Assembly: GCA_963666215.2 (NCBI GenBank)
Contig: CAXWPL010000005.1
Coordinates: forward strand, 928,001-992,000
Direction of reading: 5' to 3'
Source: Acidobacteriota bacterium
GTDB lineage: Bacteria; Acidobacteriota; UBA890; WLXD01
Length of the DNA stretch: 64,000 bases
A program made the position numbers and the translations under genes. Every line of letters starts with the position of its first letter. Within the stretch, counting starts at the first letter, position 1. Below are positions 51,186 through 61,880 of this stretch, in pieces. The notes under the pieces were generated by a model. It made no database searches. It was given only the letters and a program-made list of their open reading frames with translations, and was not told the DNA's origin.

Positions 51186-54100
51186 TCAGCCGGCGGTGGC
51201 GTCGCCGGGCTGAGCCGCACCGACGTCGCCGGAGGCACCCCCATGCAGGGCCCGGGCCCACACCAGTCCTACGCCCAGCAGCAACAGTGCCCCGATCGCG
51301 TAGCCGGCAGTCGCTCCGGGAAATGCCGAAACAGCCGCGAGCCGCGCTGCATCGAGCACCGCGAGCGTGGCGGCGACAACAGGGACCACCGCCAGGTCAC
51401 GGCGCACGACAACGAGCCAGGCGCTCGTCAGAAGCGCGGCCAGCACGAGCCCGCCGATCAAACGGCCTACGATCGACCCGGGCGCGGCGAGGCCAAAGAT
51501 GACGCCCGCGGCCACCAGCACGGCGATGCCGAGGCCGCGACCTGTATCCCAGCGCTTCGTCAGCAGATCAACCGCGCCAGCGAGCAGCAAGAGTATCGTG
51601 GCGGGTAGCATCAGGCCATTGACGCTGGCGGTAGCGGCACCCAGCGTCGACGACAACCAGGCGGCCACGGCAAAGCTCTCCCAGGCTGGCGGGCCCGCCT
51701 CACCCAAAACAGCGAGTGCGGCCCGAGCTCCGGCGGCAGCCAACCCCACTGCAACCCCACTCAACAGCAGCTGAGGCAGCGGCAAGCGAGCGTCGACGGC
51801 ACCCCTCCGGTGATGCACCCATCCCACGATCAAGCCGACGATCGCCGCCAAGAACAGGAAGCCAACCGAGGTAGCCGCCACGGTGATGCCGAGCTGCGTC
51901 GAAAGCGGCAGTGCTGTGGGTAGGTTGGCGAGAGTGGCCGGCCAGCCGAGCACGAAGGTCGCCGTCTGCAACAGCAGCGTGACGCCGAATGCGGCGACGG
52001 CGGCGCGTTTCTCGATCCGGCCTCGACTCCAGCAGATGGCGCCATACACACCGCCTGCGAGGAAAGCGATGACGATCAGAACGACGGCGCCAATACCGAT
52101 CACGGTCTGTACGAACTGACGCTGGCGATCGTCACGCTCCCACTCCTCCGGGACGTGAACGAAGCGGAGGAGATCGGCGATCTCGTCGCCGGCGACCACG
52201 ACTGCTACACGCGCGGCTCCCGACTCGAGGCTGGTCGACGGATCCTCGTAGGTGAAGGTCCAGTCGCGACGCTCCGGCCTCTGGTTCGATTCGGCCGAGA
52301 TCTCGCGAAGGCCGTCGATGCGACCCTGCTGTAGCGCGGCCGTCGCCAGCCGGCGAGCGGCCTCGTCGTCGAGCTGTTCGCCTGCCGCCGCTTCCGGCAG
52401 TCGGTGTGCGTATCGCAGCACCTCACCCGTCGGCGAAATGCGCACCAGGTGCTCCTCGGCGCGCTCGGCCACGTCGCCCTCGAAGCGGGCGGCGCGCACT
52501 TCCCAGTGCGGGGTGCCGAGATACGTGCCCAGGAGCTCGCTGTACGTCTCTTCGCCGCTCTCCTGCCAAACGAACTCGTGCGCCGGGCTGCGTCCCTCTG
52601 CCGCGTGCAGCATCAGCCGCCAGGGAGACGGCAACTCAGCGCCGCGGGCTCGCAGCGCGTCGCTGGCAATGCGCTGCACATCGCCACTCGAGACGGCCCA
52701 GGGGGCGGTGCTGGCGGTGAACGAAGAGAACAACGCCCATGCGATCAGGCCCACCGCTCCGGCAGTGAGCACACCGCTCATGGACCCGGTGGCAAGAGCG
52801 GGCTCGCGGACCTCGCGCCTTCCCGGATCAGCGCTCGTTGCGACACTCGGCTCGACGAATTGCCAGGCGGCATTTCGATGCTCGGCGGCAATCTCACCCC
52901 AGCGACCCACACGGGCTCGCGCCACCAGCACCACGAACAACGGCACCAGGGTAAACAGCACCAGCAGAACGCGATCAACCCAGATGCCGGGCGCTGTCGC
53001 CGAGAACAACGGCAGCGAGAACAGCACCACGTCGAAGGCGAAATGCGCCACGATCACGGGCATGAGACCCCAGAACAGGTAAATCAGGCCGAAGCCGACC
53101 GACGGCAGGATGAGCTCGACGACGCGTGCGTATGAGGGCTCGTTCGGATAGTTGGCGTGGCCGGCACCGAAGACCAGCGCCTGAACCACGAAGCCGATCA
53201 CCAGCCACAGCTTCACGTTGCCGCCAAATCGCCGCGCCAGCAGCACGGTTCCGGCCAGAGGCACCGCGCGGAATAAACACTCTTCCCAGAACCCCGCCTG
53301 GAGTGAAATCGCGACCGCCGTGAACCACGGGAAGATGCTCGCCAGAAAGTCGGGATTGACGAGCGCCGAGGAAGGCGACCACCACCCCAGGCTGTTGTGC
53401 GCGTACATGTACATCGCCACCTGATAGGCGATGAACACCAAGACGAACAGATAACCGCCGATCGTCCCACCGGCAACCGTGGGAGTGGCGGCCACGTCGC
53501 GCGACCAGATCTTCCAAAGCTGCACGTGCTGGCCAAAGGCGGCGCGAGTCAATCCCTCCGCCGCCATGAAGCTGACGGCGAAGAGAGCGGTAAACCCGAC
53601 AACGGTCAGCAGCGCCACACCGACCCGTTCAAACAAGAAGGTCGCTTCCGACACCGCGGTGTTGTAGTCCATCCAGGCGAGCGGCAGCCGGTTGAACACC
53701 AGCAAACCCTGCAGGCCGGCGATGAAGCCCGCCCACTTCAATGCCGGCTTCCACTGCACCGACTTTCGACGTGCGAGGTAGATCAGCCCTATCGGGCAGC
53801 CGAAGAGGATGTAGCCGACGAACAGCGCGAACGTCGATATCGCGGCGATGATTTTGTCGGCCCGCATGTTGTCAAAGCGGCGCCGGAAGGCCTCCGGGAC
53901 CTCGAGATAGTGAACGAGCTCGGTCAACCGATCGCCGCTCACCACCAGGCGCATGCGTAGCGTCGCCGCGCCCAGCCGCTCGCCAACGCGCTCGTAGGTG
54001 AAGGTGTGGTCGACACGCCCCGACGGCCGTGCCGACTGTGACGTCTCAACACGCTCGAAGGCGTCGAGCGTGACGTCCCAATCGGCGACCGCGACCCTCT

Positions 54101-54320
54101 CTGCCACCAGCAACGCCTCGTCGGACTCGAGCGCCGCGCCGGCCTCGTCCTCGGGCACGCGCTCGCGGAAGGCGTAGGCGCGACCGCCCGGTGACAGGTA
54201 GATGCTCATCTCGCGGGTCTGCAGCTCGGCGAAGTGGAGCACCTGCCAGCGGTACGGATACACCAGGCCCGACGTCATCAACTCGCGGAAGCGCTCCTTG
54301 CCACCTCCTTCGAGCTCGAC
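51186..54320 (-). pseudogene. Large CPBP/CAAX (Abi) intramembrane metalloprotease, 5'-truncated
   Basis: WEECLFRAVP, FGAGHANYP, AHF; duplicated extracytoplasmic domain. Protein-like sequence begins abruptly at VELEGGGK with no plausible N-terminus. Confidence 0.7.
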
Positions 54321-54494
54321 GCCACAGCCCGTTCTGAGACACGAGCACAGTGACTCGATTCGAGATCGTGCCGCGCGGTGCCAGGCCGCGCCCCAGAAAC
54401 TCCCTTGAGGGGCCCGACGCCACGGTGCTACGGTCGATACAAGTCGTTGACCGGCGGCAGATTGTGGGTCCCCTCGCACGATCGGAGAAAGCTG

Positions 54495-55728
54495 ATGAAA
54501 AGCTTCGCCGCTCTGCTTGTAGCTGGTCTCACTGTCACCGGCTCCGTCCGTGCTGCGGCACAGCAACAGCAACAGCAGCCGCGGCCGCCGACGTTCCGCT
54601 CAGATGTCAATCGCGTGCGTCTCGACGTGATCGCCACCAACGAAGACGGACTGTTTGTTGCGGATCTTCAGGTTGGCGATTTCGAGCTGTTCGAGGACGG
54701 ACTGCGACAGGGGATTCTGAGCCTGACGCTGGTCGACCTCACCACCGGCAGCCTTCAGACCGAGTCGACGAGCACCGGGACCGGCCTTCCGTTCGGCATC
54801 GTCGGCAAGGAATCGGCCGTGCCGCCGACCAGCGCAAACGAACGGCCCGATGCCGGCGACTTCGGCGCCATGATCTTCCTGATCGATTCTTCTCTCGACC
54901 GGCGGCAGCGGCAACGCTTTGCCGACGGCTGGAACGATCTGCTCGACAGCACGGATTCGTTCCTGTTCCCACGCGCCGCCTACCTGATGGACGACTTCGG
55001 CAACATACGCCAGCTCTCGCCGCTCACGCGCGACGTGGACGCGCTGCGAACGGTGGCGCAGAAGGTGCGTGAGTTCAGCCAGTTCGAGAACTCCGAGTTC
55101 GCCAACAACTACGCGATCTCCGAGCACTTCTCGCCGCTCAACCCGCGGCGCGACCGCCAGAAGCACGAGGTGCTCGAGCGCTTCGCAGAGCGACTTGGCG
55201 ACCGACCCGGCCGCAAGGCCCTGGTGTTGGTCTCAACGGGGCTGAGTGTGCTCAGCGGCAACAACCCGATCGTCTCCACCGACGCGATCACTCGTGACTC
55301 GCAGCTCAGCGCAGATCGAACACTCAACACCGCGCGGGTCAGCGTCTACGGGCTCGACCCATCTATCGTTTCGACGCGACGCGGCATCAGCGCCAGCACT
55401 CGCCGAAGTCCTGCCGACAGGCTGATTGCCGATCCGCTCGAGCGCTACCGGGCGCGATCGGAGGCCATGCGTGGCGGCCTGGCCGACCACCGCGACAGCC
55501 ACCGGTGGCCTGGCGTACAGCTACTCCGGCGGCGCGATCGTGGAGCGTCTACGTGACATCGAGCAGGACAACGCGCGCTTCTACCTGGTTACGTACGAGC
55601 CTCGCGAATCGGCGGACACCTCTTACCGACAGATCGACATCCGAGTGCGACGTCCTGGCGTCAAGCTCCGCGCCCGCGCTGGCTACCTCCCGACGGTGAC
55701 GTCGACGGCAGCGGCTGAGCGTAACTAG
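54495..55728 (+). CDS. VWFA-related Acidobacterial-type domain protein, frameshift near 55484
   Basis: PTFRSDVNRVRLDV..DGLFVADL...DFELFEDG, PGRKALVLVSTG; second frame ATGG...YLVTY...RQIDIRVRRPGVKLRARAGY. Confidence 0.8.
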
Positions 55729-57404
55729 GCACCGGAATCGGACCCGTCGGATTGCACAGACTCGTCCGATTGGGCGGAGTCTGGGCCGACCGTCGGGTAC
55801 GCGATTCCGAGCTGTTCCAGATAGGTGTCGTAGCGCGACGGGTCGTAGCGCAGCTTGTCGATCAGCGGGCGGAAGCGCTCCATCTTCTCGGCGTTGAGAT
55901 GGATCGGCGGCTCCGTACCCATGGGAATCAACGACACCCACTGGCGGTCCTTGGTGGTGACCTCGCGGTGATAGCGCCACGCCTCTTCGACCTTGGCCGG
56001 ATCGGCGATCAGGTCGATTGCGGTCATGGCGACGACGCGAGAGCCGTGGTTGGCGCCTTTGTGAGCGATCGGTGTGGCCATGGCGATCGACGAGGACCAG
56101 TGATGTCCCGTCGTGCCTCGAACGTTGGCCGGGTAACGCACCCGAACGGTGGGGATGTTCCACGACACCTCGGCAATGTCGTCGCTGCCACCGCCCATGC
56201 CCTGGTCCGACTCGTTCAGCTCCTCGGCAACCTCTGTAACGAGGCCTTCTTCCTCGCGCTCCATCAGACGCTGGATGGCTTTGGCCATCTCCTGATCGGC
56301 GTCGCTCCACTCGGGCATGCCAACAGCCTGGATGTTGGCGAACATGAGCTCGGCAAGTGGCTTGCTCATGTTCGACGGCCACGCCGCGCCGAACACGCGT
56401 TCGGTGACGGTGGTGCCCGTCATCATGGCCGCCGCCTCAGCCATGGTCTGGCCGAGCTCGTGGAGCTCCTTGATGCGGTCGTAATCGAGCTCGCGGTAGT
56501 AGTACCAAACCGATGCCTCAGAAGGCACGACGTTGGGCTGGTTGCCGCCGTTGGAGATGATGTAGTGGGAGCGTTGCTGCAGCCGCAGGTGCTCTCGGCG
56601 AGCATTCCAGCCCGCATTCATCAGCTCCACGGCGTCGAGCGCGCTGCGCCCGGCCCAGGGCGAGCTCGCCCCGTGCGCCGATCGTCCATGGAAGGTGAAC
56701 TGCGTGGACACCAGGCCGGAGCCGGAAATGCCCCAAGCCGTGCTCAGCCGCGAGGAGACGTGAGTCGAGAGCATCACGTCCATCTCGGAGAACATGTCGG
56801 CGTTGACCATGTAGGTGCGACTCGAGACGAGCTCCTCGGCAACGCCGGGGATGATCTTGATGGTCCCCTTGAGCCCGTGCCGCTCCATCACGCGCTTGGT
56901 TGCGATGGCGGCGACGATGTCGACGGCTGGGGCGCTGTTGTGCCCTTCCCCGTGCCCCGGCCCGCCCGGAATCAGCGGATCCCGATAGGCGACGCCAGGC
57001 TTTTGTGACGTTTCGGGCAAGCCGTCGATGTCGCCCATGATGCCGATGACCGGCCGGCCGGCTCCCCAGCTCGCGATGTAGCAGGTGGGCATGCCGGCGC
57101 AGCCAACGTCAACGCGAAAGCCCTCCGGCTCGAGAATCCCCTTGATGTACTCCACCGTCTGGTGTTCCTGGAAGCCGAGCTCCGAGAAGGAGAACACCGA
57201 GTCGACCATCTCCTGCGACAGCTTCCGCATGGAGACGACCTCGGCCAGCACCTCAGACTTGAGTGCCTCGGCCGTCGCCTGACCCGCCGGAGCGGCGCTT
57301 GCCACCGATTGCCAGCCCGGTGACGCGATTGCCATGACGAGCAGGAGACAGAGCAGGCAAAGTTGCAGCGGCAGGCTGCGTCCGGGGCGATCCGAGGCTT
57401 TCAT
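55725..57404 (-). CDS. M20 amidohydrolase (AbgB-like), secreted
   Basis: ELGFQE, DIDGLP, GHGEGHN, AEE, GRSAHGA.PW.GRSALDA, GGNQPNVVP, GSDDIAEVSW. Confidence 0.85.
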   Translation of the reverse strand: MKASDRPGRSLPLQLCLLCLLLVMAIASPGWQSVASAAPAGQATAEALKSEVLAEVVSMRKLSQEMVDSVFSFSELGFQEHQTVEYIKGILEPEGFRVDVGCAGMPTCYIASWGAGRPVIGIMGDIDGLPETSQKPGVAYRDPLIPGGPGHGEGHNSAPAVDIVAAIATKRVMERHGLKGTIKIIPGVAEELVSSRTYMVNADMFSEMDVMLSTHVSSRLSTAWGISGSGLVSTQFTFHGRSAHGASSPWAGRSALDAVELMNAGWNARREHLRLQQRSHYIISNGGNQPNVVPSEASVWYYYRELDYDRIKELHELGQTMAEAAAMMTGTTVTERVFGAAWPSNMSKPLAELMFANIQAVGMPEWSDADQEMAKAIQRLMEREEEGLVTEVAEELNESDQGMGGGSDDIAEVSWNIPTVRVRYPANVRGTTGHHWSSSIAMATPIAHKGANHGSRVVAMTAIDLIADPAKVEEAWRYHREVTTKDRQWVSLIPMGTEPPIHLNAEKMERFRPLIDKLRYDPSRYDTYLEQLGIAYPTVGPDSAQSDESVQSDGSDSGA

Positions 57405-57632
57405 GGGCGACTCCGTGGCTTGTCAATCGTGGCAGCACGACGACGCCTTGGTGGCGCCGGCGGCAATGAGGTTGAGCGCTCTGCGCCCGCCATTGTGGCG
57501 CGAGCCGGCACTGTATCAAGAGCCCACATGGACACCCCCGGGTCGCGCGGCTAGTCTAAGGCTCGTTTTAATCTGTGGCCTCGCTCCCAACGCAGCCCTT
57601 CGTCGCGCCCAGACACAACTCGGAGTACCCCT

Positions 57633-60527
57633 ATGCCTACCGGAAACCGGGGCCGCAAGCCACTCATCGCAACGGGACTGGCGCTGTTGCTCACACTGTC
57701 GCCGCTCGCGGCGATACGCCCGAGCTTTGCGCAGTCGCCTGAAGCGCCTCCCTATTACGCCATTACCGACGTTCGCATCGTGACCGGCACAGGCAACACG
57801 ATCGACGACGGCACCATCGTCGTGCGCGACGGGCTGATCGAGGCCGTTGGTGCCAACACCGACATCCCGGCCGGCGTCTGGACGCTCGACGGCAGCGGCC
57901 TGACCGCGTATCCGGGCCTGATCGACGCGATGACGACGATCGCCCTCCCTGAAGGGCTGCGCAACGCACGTGGTGGTGCCGGTCGCGGCTTTGGTGGCCC
58001 TCCGGGCGGCTTCCCCGGGGGAGGCAGTCTGACGCAAGAAACCGATCCCGACTACTCCACGGGTCCGCTCGATCGGCCCGCGACCTTCACGTGGGTACGC
58101 GCCGCGGACGAGATCGAGACCGCCGACGGGCGCATCGAGTCCTGGCGCTCGGCAGGCTTCACCTCGGCGCTGAGCGCGCCCGAGCGCGGCCTGCTTCCGG
58201 GCCAGGCGGCACTGATCAATCTGGCCGGTTCCAAGCCCAGTGAGATGGTTGTGCGCGCAAATATCGCCCAGCGCGTTAACTTCCAGGCCGGGCGCGAGTT
58301 CCGTGGCTACCCCGGCTCGCTGATGGGAGGCATCGCGTACGTCAAGCAGCTGTTCTTCGATGCCGCCCACTACGATCGCTACTGGACGATCTACGATCGC
58401 GACCCGAATGGCGTCGAGCGACCGCCGTATGACCGTTCGCTCGAGCCGCTGCGAAAGACGCTCAACGCGTGCGAGCTCGTGATGCTGCCCGCCGATTGGG
58501 CACGCGAAATTCTGCGCGTGCTGCGCATCGCGCGCGAGATCGGCGTCAACCCGGTGCTGTACGGCGGCCATCAGGCCTACGAAGTGGCCCCACAGCTCGC
58601 CGCCACCGACGTACCGATCCTGGTGAACGTCGACTGGCCTGTGCGCGATCCCGACGGAGACCCCGAAGAGCAGACGTCGCTGCAAACGCTGCGTCTGCGT
58701 GACCGCGCTCCAACGGCACCCGCTACTCTGCATGAAGCCGGCGTTCGTTTCGCGTTCTATTCTGGCGACATCAGCCGACCGTCCGAGATCATGCGCAACG
58801 TCCGCCTCGCGATCCGTGCCGGGCTGCCGGCCGCCGCGGCGCTGCACGCCCTGACGCTCGGCGCCGCCGAGATCTTCGGCGTGGACGATCGTCTCGGCTC
58901 GATCGAGCCGGGGAAGATCGCCAACCTCATCCTCGCCGAGGGCGATATCTTCACGCCCGACGGGAAGATACGTCAGGTCATCGTCGACGGACATCGCTTC
59001 GAGATCGAAGAAAGCGACGCGGGTGACGCAACACGGGGCACAGTTGCCGGACGACCAAGCGGGGCGACCGGAGCACGTGGACCCGGTCGCGGCTTTGATG
59101 GCCCGGGTGGCCCGGGTGGCCCGGGTGGCCCGGGAGGTCGCGGCTCGGGCGACGACGCCGAGGAGACGACGCCCTACGAGCCGGTACCGATGGTCAGCGA
59201 CAGAGGCCCGGTGCGTAGCAGCGCCACGACGCTGATTCGTGGCGGCACCGTGATGACGGTCGCCAACGGCATTATCGAGAACGGCTCGGTGCTTGTCCGC
59301 GATGGCAAAATCGCGGCGGTTGGCCAAAACATCAACGCGCCGGCCGACGCCGCGGTGATCGATGCGAGCGGCAAGTTCGTCATCCCCGGCATCATCGATG
59401 CCCACTCGCACATCGCCACCGAGGCGGTGAATGAAGGCAGCGTTTCGGTATCGGCGATGGTCGGCATCGAAGACGTGATCCACCCCGACCAGATCTCTAT
59501 CTACCGCGCTCTCGCGGGCGGCGTGACAACCGTCAACGTGCTGCACGGATCGGCCAACCCCATCGGCGGCAAGAACGCGGTGCTGAAGCTGCGCTGGGGC
59601 GCCGACGCCGAGGGCATGCGCTTCGAGGGCGCCCCGCCTGGCATCAAGTTCGCCCTTGGCGAGAACACCAAGCGCGAGCGCTCACCGGGCCGCTACCCGA
59701 ATTCACGCATGGGCGTGATCGACGTCATTCGCCAAACCTTCATCCGCGCGCAGGAGTACCGCGAGGAGGGACGGAGGTACGAGCAGGCGCTCTCCGACGG
59801 CGACGACAACGCCATCCCGCCGCGCCGCGACCTGGTGCTCGACGCCATGGTCGAGATCATGGAGGGCCGTCGACTGGTGCACGCGCACTCCTATCGCGCC
59901 GACGAGATCCTGCAGTTGCTGCGCACCGCCGAGGAGTTCGGCTTCCGCATCCAGACCCTGCAGCACGTGCTCGAGGGCTACAAGATCGCCGACGAGATCG
60001 CCAAGCACGGCGCCGGCGCCTCGACCTTCTCGGACTGGTGGGCCTACAAAGTCGAGGCCTACGATGCCATCCCGCACAACGCGGCACTCATGACCGAACG
60101 CGGCGTCACCGTGTCGATCAACTCGGACAGCGGTGAAGAGATGCGACATCTCAACCAGGAGGCCGCCAAGACGGTGCGCTGGGGTAACGCCTCCGAAGAA
60201 GACGCACTCAAGATGGTGACTCTCAACCCGGCAACGCAGCTCGGCATCGCCGACCGCGTGGGCTCGATTGAAGAGGGCAAGGACGCCGACCTGGTTATCT
60301 ACGATCAGCACCCACTGTCGGTGTATGCGGTGGTGCAGCTGACGATGATCGACGGCGACGTGTACTTCGATCGAGAGCACGACCGTCAGCTGCGCGATCA
60401 GATTGCCGAGGAGATGCGAGTGCTAACCGAAAAGCACGGCCCTCGCCCAGAAGATGGGCGCGAGCCTGCGGCGCCGACCGATCCGGGCACCCAAGAAGAC
60501 GCTGGCAACGCAGGAGTAAACCGATGA
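57633..60527 (+). CDS. Secreted double-domain amidohydrolase family protein
   Basis: Two amidohydrolase domains: PGLIDAMTT...GSIEPGKIAN and PGIIDAHSH...KFALGEN...HSY...HVLEG...NSDS. Confidence 0.85.
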   Translation: MPTGNRGRKPLIATGLALLLTLSPLAAIRPSFAQSPEAPPYYAITDVRIVTGTGNTIDDGTIVVRDGLIEAVGANTDIPAGVWTLDGSGLTAYPGLIDAMTTIALPEGLRNARGGAGRGFGGPPGGFPGGGSLTQETDPDYSTGPLDRPATFTWVRAADEIETADGRIESWRSAGFTSALSAPERGLLPGQAALINLAGSKPSEMVVRANIAQRVNFQAGREFRGYPGSLMGGIAYVKQLFFDAAHYDRYWTIYDRDPNGVERPPYDRSLEPLRKTLNACELVMLPADWAREILRVLRIAREIGVNPVLYGGHQAYEVAPQLAATDVPILVNVDWPVRDPDGDPEEQTSLQTLRLRDRAPTAPATLHEAGVRFAFYSGDISRPSEIMRNVRLAIRAGLPAAAALHALTLGAAEIFGVDDRLGSIEPGKIANLILAEGDIFTPDGKIRQVIVDGHRFEIEESDAGDATRGTVAGRPSGATGARGPGRGFDGPGGPGGPGGPGGRGSGDDAEETTPYEPVPMVSDRGPVRSSATTLIRGGTVMTVANGIIENGSVLVRDGKIAAVGQNINAPADAAVIDASGKFVIPGIIDAHSHIATEAVNEGSVSVSAMVGIEDVIHPDQISIYRALAGGVTTVNVLHGSANPIGGKNAVLKLRWGADAEGMRFEGAPPGIKFALGENTKRERSPGRYPNSRMGVIDVIRQTFIRAQEYREEGRRYEQALSDGDDNAIPPRRDLVLDAMVEIMEGRRLVHAHSYRADEILQLLRTAEEFGFRIQTLQHVLEGYKIADEIAKHGAGASTFSDWWAYKVEAYDAIPHNAALMTERGVTVSINSDSGEEMRHLNQEAAKTVRWGNASEEDALKMVTLNPATQLGIADRVGSIEEGKDADLVIYDQHPLSVYAVVQLTMIDGDVYFDREHDRQLRDQIAEEMRVLTEKHGPRPEDGREPAAPTDPGTQEDAGNAGVNR
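59099..59134 (+). repeat. 9-bp tandem repeat (TGGCCCGGG) x4
   Basis: Read directly; encodes a (GPG)n interdomain linker. Confidence 0.9.
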
Positions 60528-61843
60528 AGACGCGACGCTGGATCGCCAGCTCCCTTTCCATTGCCGCCTTGCTCTTGCCGGCGCAGGGTCTTTCTCAGGA
60601 GCCTGGCGGCACCTTGGCCATCAAGGCCGGCCGGGTGCACACCTGGGATAGCGACCTCGGCATCGAGAACGGCGTCGTGGTCATCGACAACGGCATCATC
60701 GTTGCCGTGGGCGGGCCCGACACCCCGATCCCGGCGGGCGTGGAGATCATCGATGCCGGCGATGCCGGCCTCTTCCCCGGCCTCTTCGACGCAGTCTCGC
60801 GGCTCGGAATTACCGAGATCGGTGCCGTCGACGTCACCAACGACTCACGGGAGATGGGCGACAACAACGCTCATCTGCAAGCCGCCACCGCCGTTCACCC
60901 GGCGAGTGAGATCCTGCCGGTAACGCGTGCCGAGGGCATCACACACGCCGTCGCAGCACCAACCGGTAGCGGCATCGCTGGTCAGGGATCGCTGATCCAC
61001 ATGGCCGGCTGGACCATCGAGGAGATGTCGATCAAACGCGGCGCCTACATGGCCGTGCAGTGGCCACGGCTGAGGGGACGCCGCTTCGGCTTCGGTTTCG
61101 GCGGCGCGGCCTCGGCCGGCGAATTCAGCGAGCGCAAGGAGCGCTACGACGAGCAGATCCAGATGTACGAGAATCTTCTCGAAGACGCGCGCCGTTACCA
61201 GCAGGCCGCCGAAGCCAACACGGTCGTCAGTCGCGAGATGAAGTTCGAAGCCCTCGCCAAGGTAGCCAGCGGCGAGATGCCGATGGTGATCAGCGCCAAC
61301 GACACACGATCGATTACGGACGCGGTCGAGTTCGGCGAGCGCAACAACGTGCGGGTGATCATCGCCGGCGGCAGCGAGGCGTGGAAGGTGCGCGAGATGC
61401 TCGCCGCCAAGAACATCCCGGTCATCCTGTCGGCGACGCAGGCCCTGCCCGCCGCCGAGAACGACCCCTACGACTCGATTTATGCGCAGCCCGGCATGCT
61501 GCACGAGGCCGGCGTCAAGTTCGCAATATCCACCTTCAACGCCTCGGCGTCGCGCACGCTGCCTTTCGAGGCCGCGACCGCCGTGCCCTACGGACTGCCC
61601 TACCGCGAGGCCCTCAAGGCGATCACGCTGTATCCGGCGCAAATCCTCGGCGTGGACGATCGCCTGGGATCGATCGAGGTTGGCAAGCTCGCCAACCTGA
61701 TTGTTGTCGAAGGGGATCCGCTCGACATCCGGTCGAGCGTCACCCATCTGATCATCAACGGCCAGGTTGTCAGCACCGACAACAAGCACCGACAGCTCTA
61801 CGAGCGCTACCGCGCCCGTCCGCAGCGAGGCCCGACGCAGTAG
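60524..61843 (+). CDS. Secreted amidohydrolase family protein (degenerate metal site)
   Basis: ATGA-coupled to the upstream gene; FPGLFDAVSR lacks HxH; ITLYPAQILG..LGSIEVGKLAN..GDPLD. Confidence 0.85.
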   Translation: MKTRRWIASSLSIAALLLPAQGLSQEPGGTLAIKAGRVHTWDSDLGIENGVVVIDNGIIVAVGGPDTPIPAGVEIIDAGDAGLFPGLFDAVSRLGITEIGAVDVTNDSREMGDNNAHLQAATAVHPASEILPVTRAEGITHAVAAPTGSGIAGQGSLIHMAGWTIEEMSIKRGAYMAVQWPRLRGRRFGFGFGGAASAGEFSERKERYDEQIQMYENLLEDARRYQQAAEANTVVSREMKFEALAKVASGEMPMVISANDTRSITDAVEFGERNNVRVIIAGGSEAWKVREMLAAKNIPVILSATQALPAAENDPYDSIYAQPGMLHEAGVKFAISTFNASASRTLPFEAATAVPYGLPYREALKAITLYPAQILGVDDRLGSIEVGKLANLIVVEGDPLDIRSSVTHLIINGQVVSTDNKHRQLYERYRARPQRGPTQ

Positions 61844-61880
61844 GCCCGTGCTAGCGAAGACCCTTCACGAGGGGGGGCAC

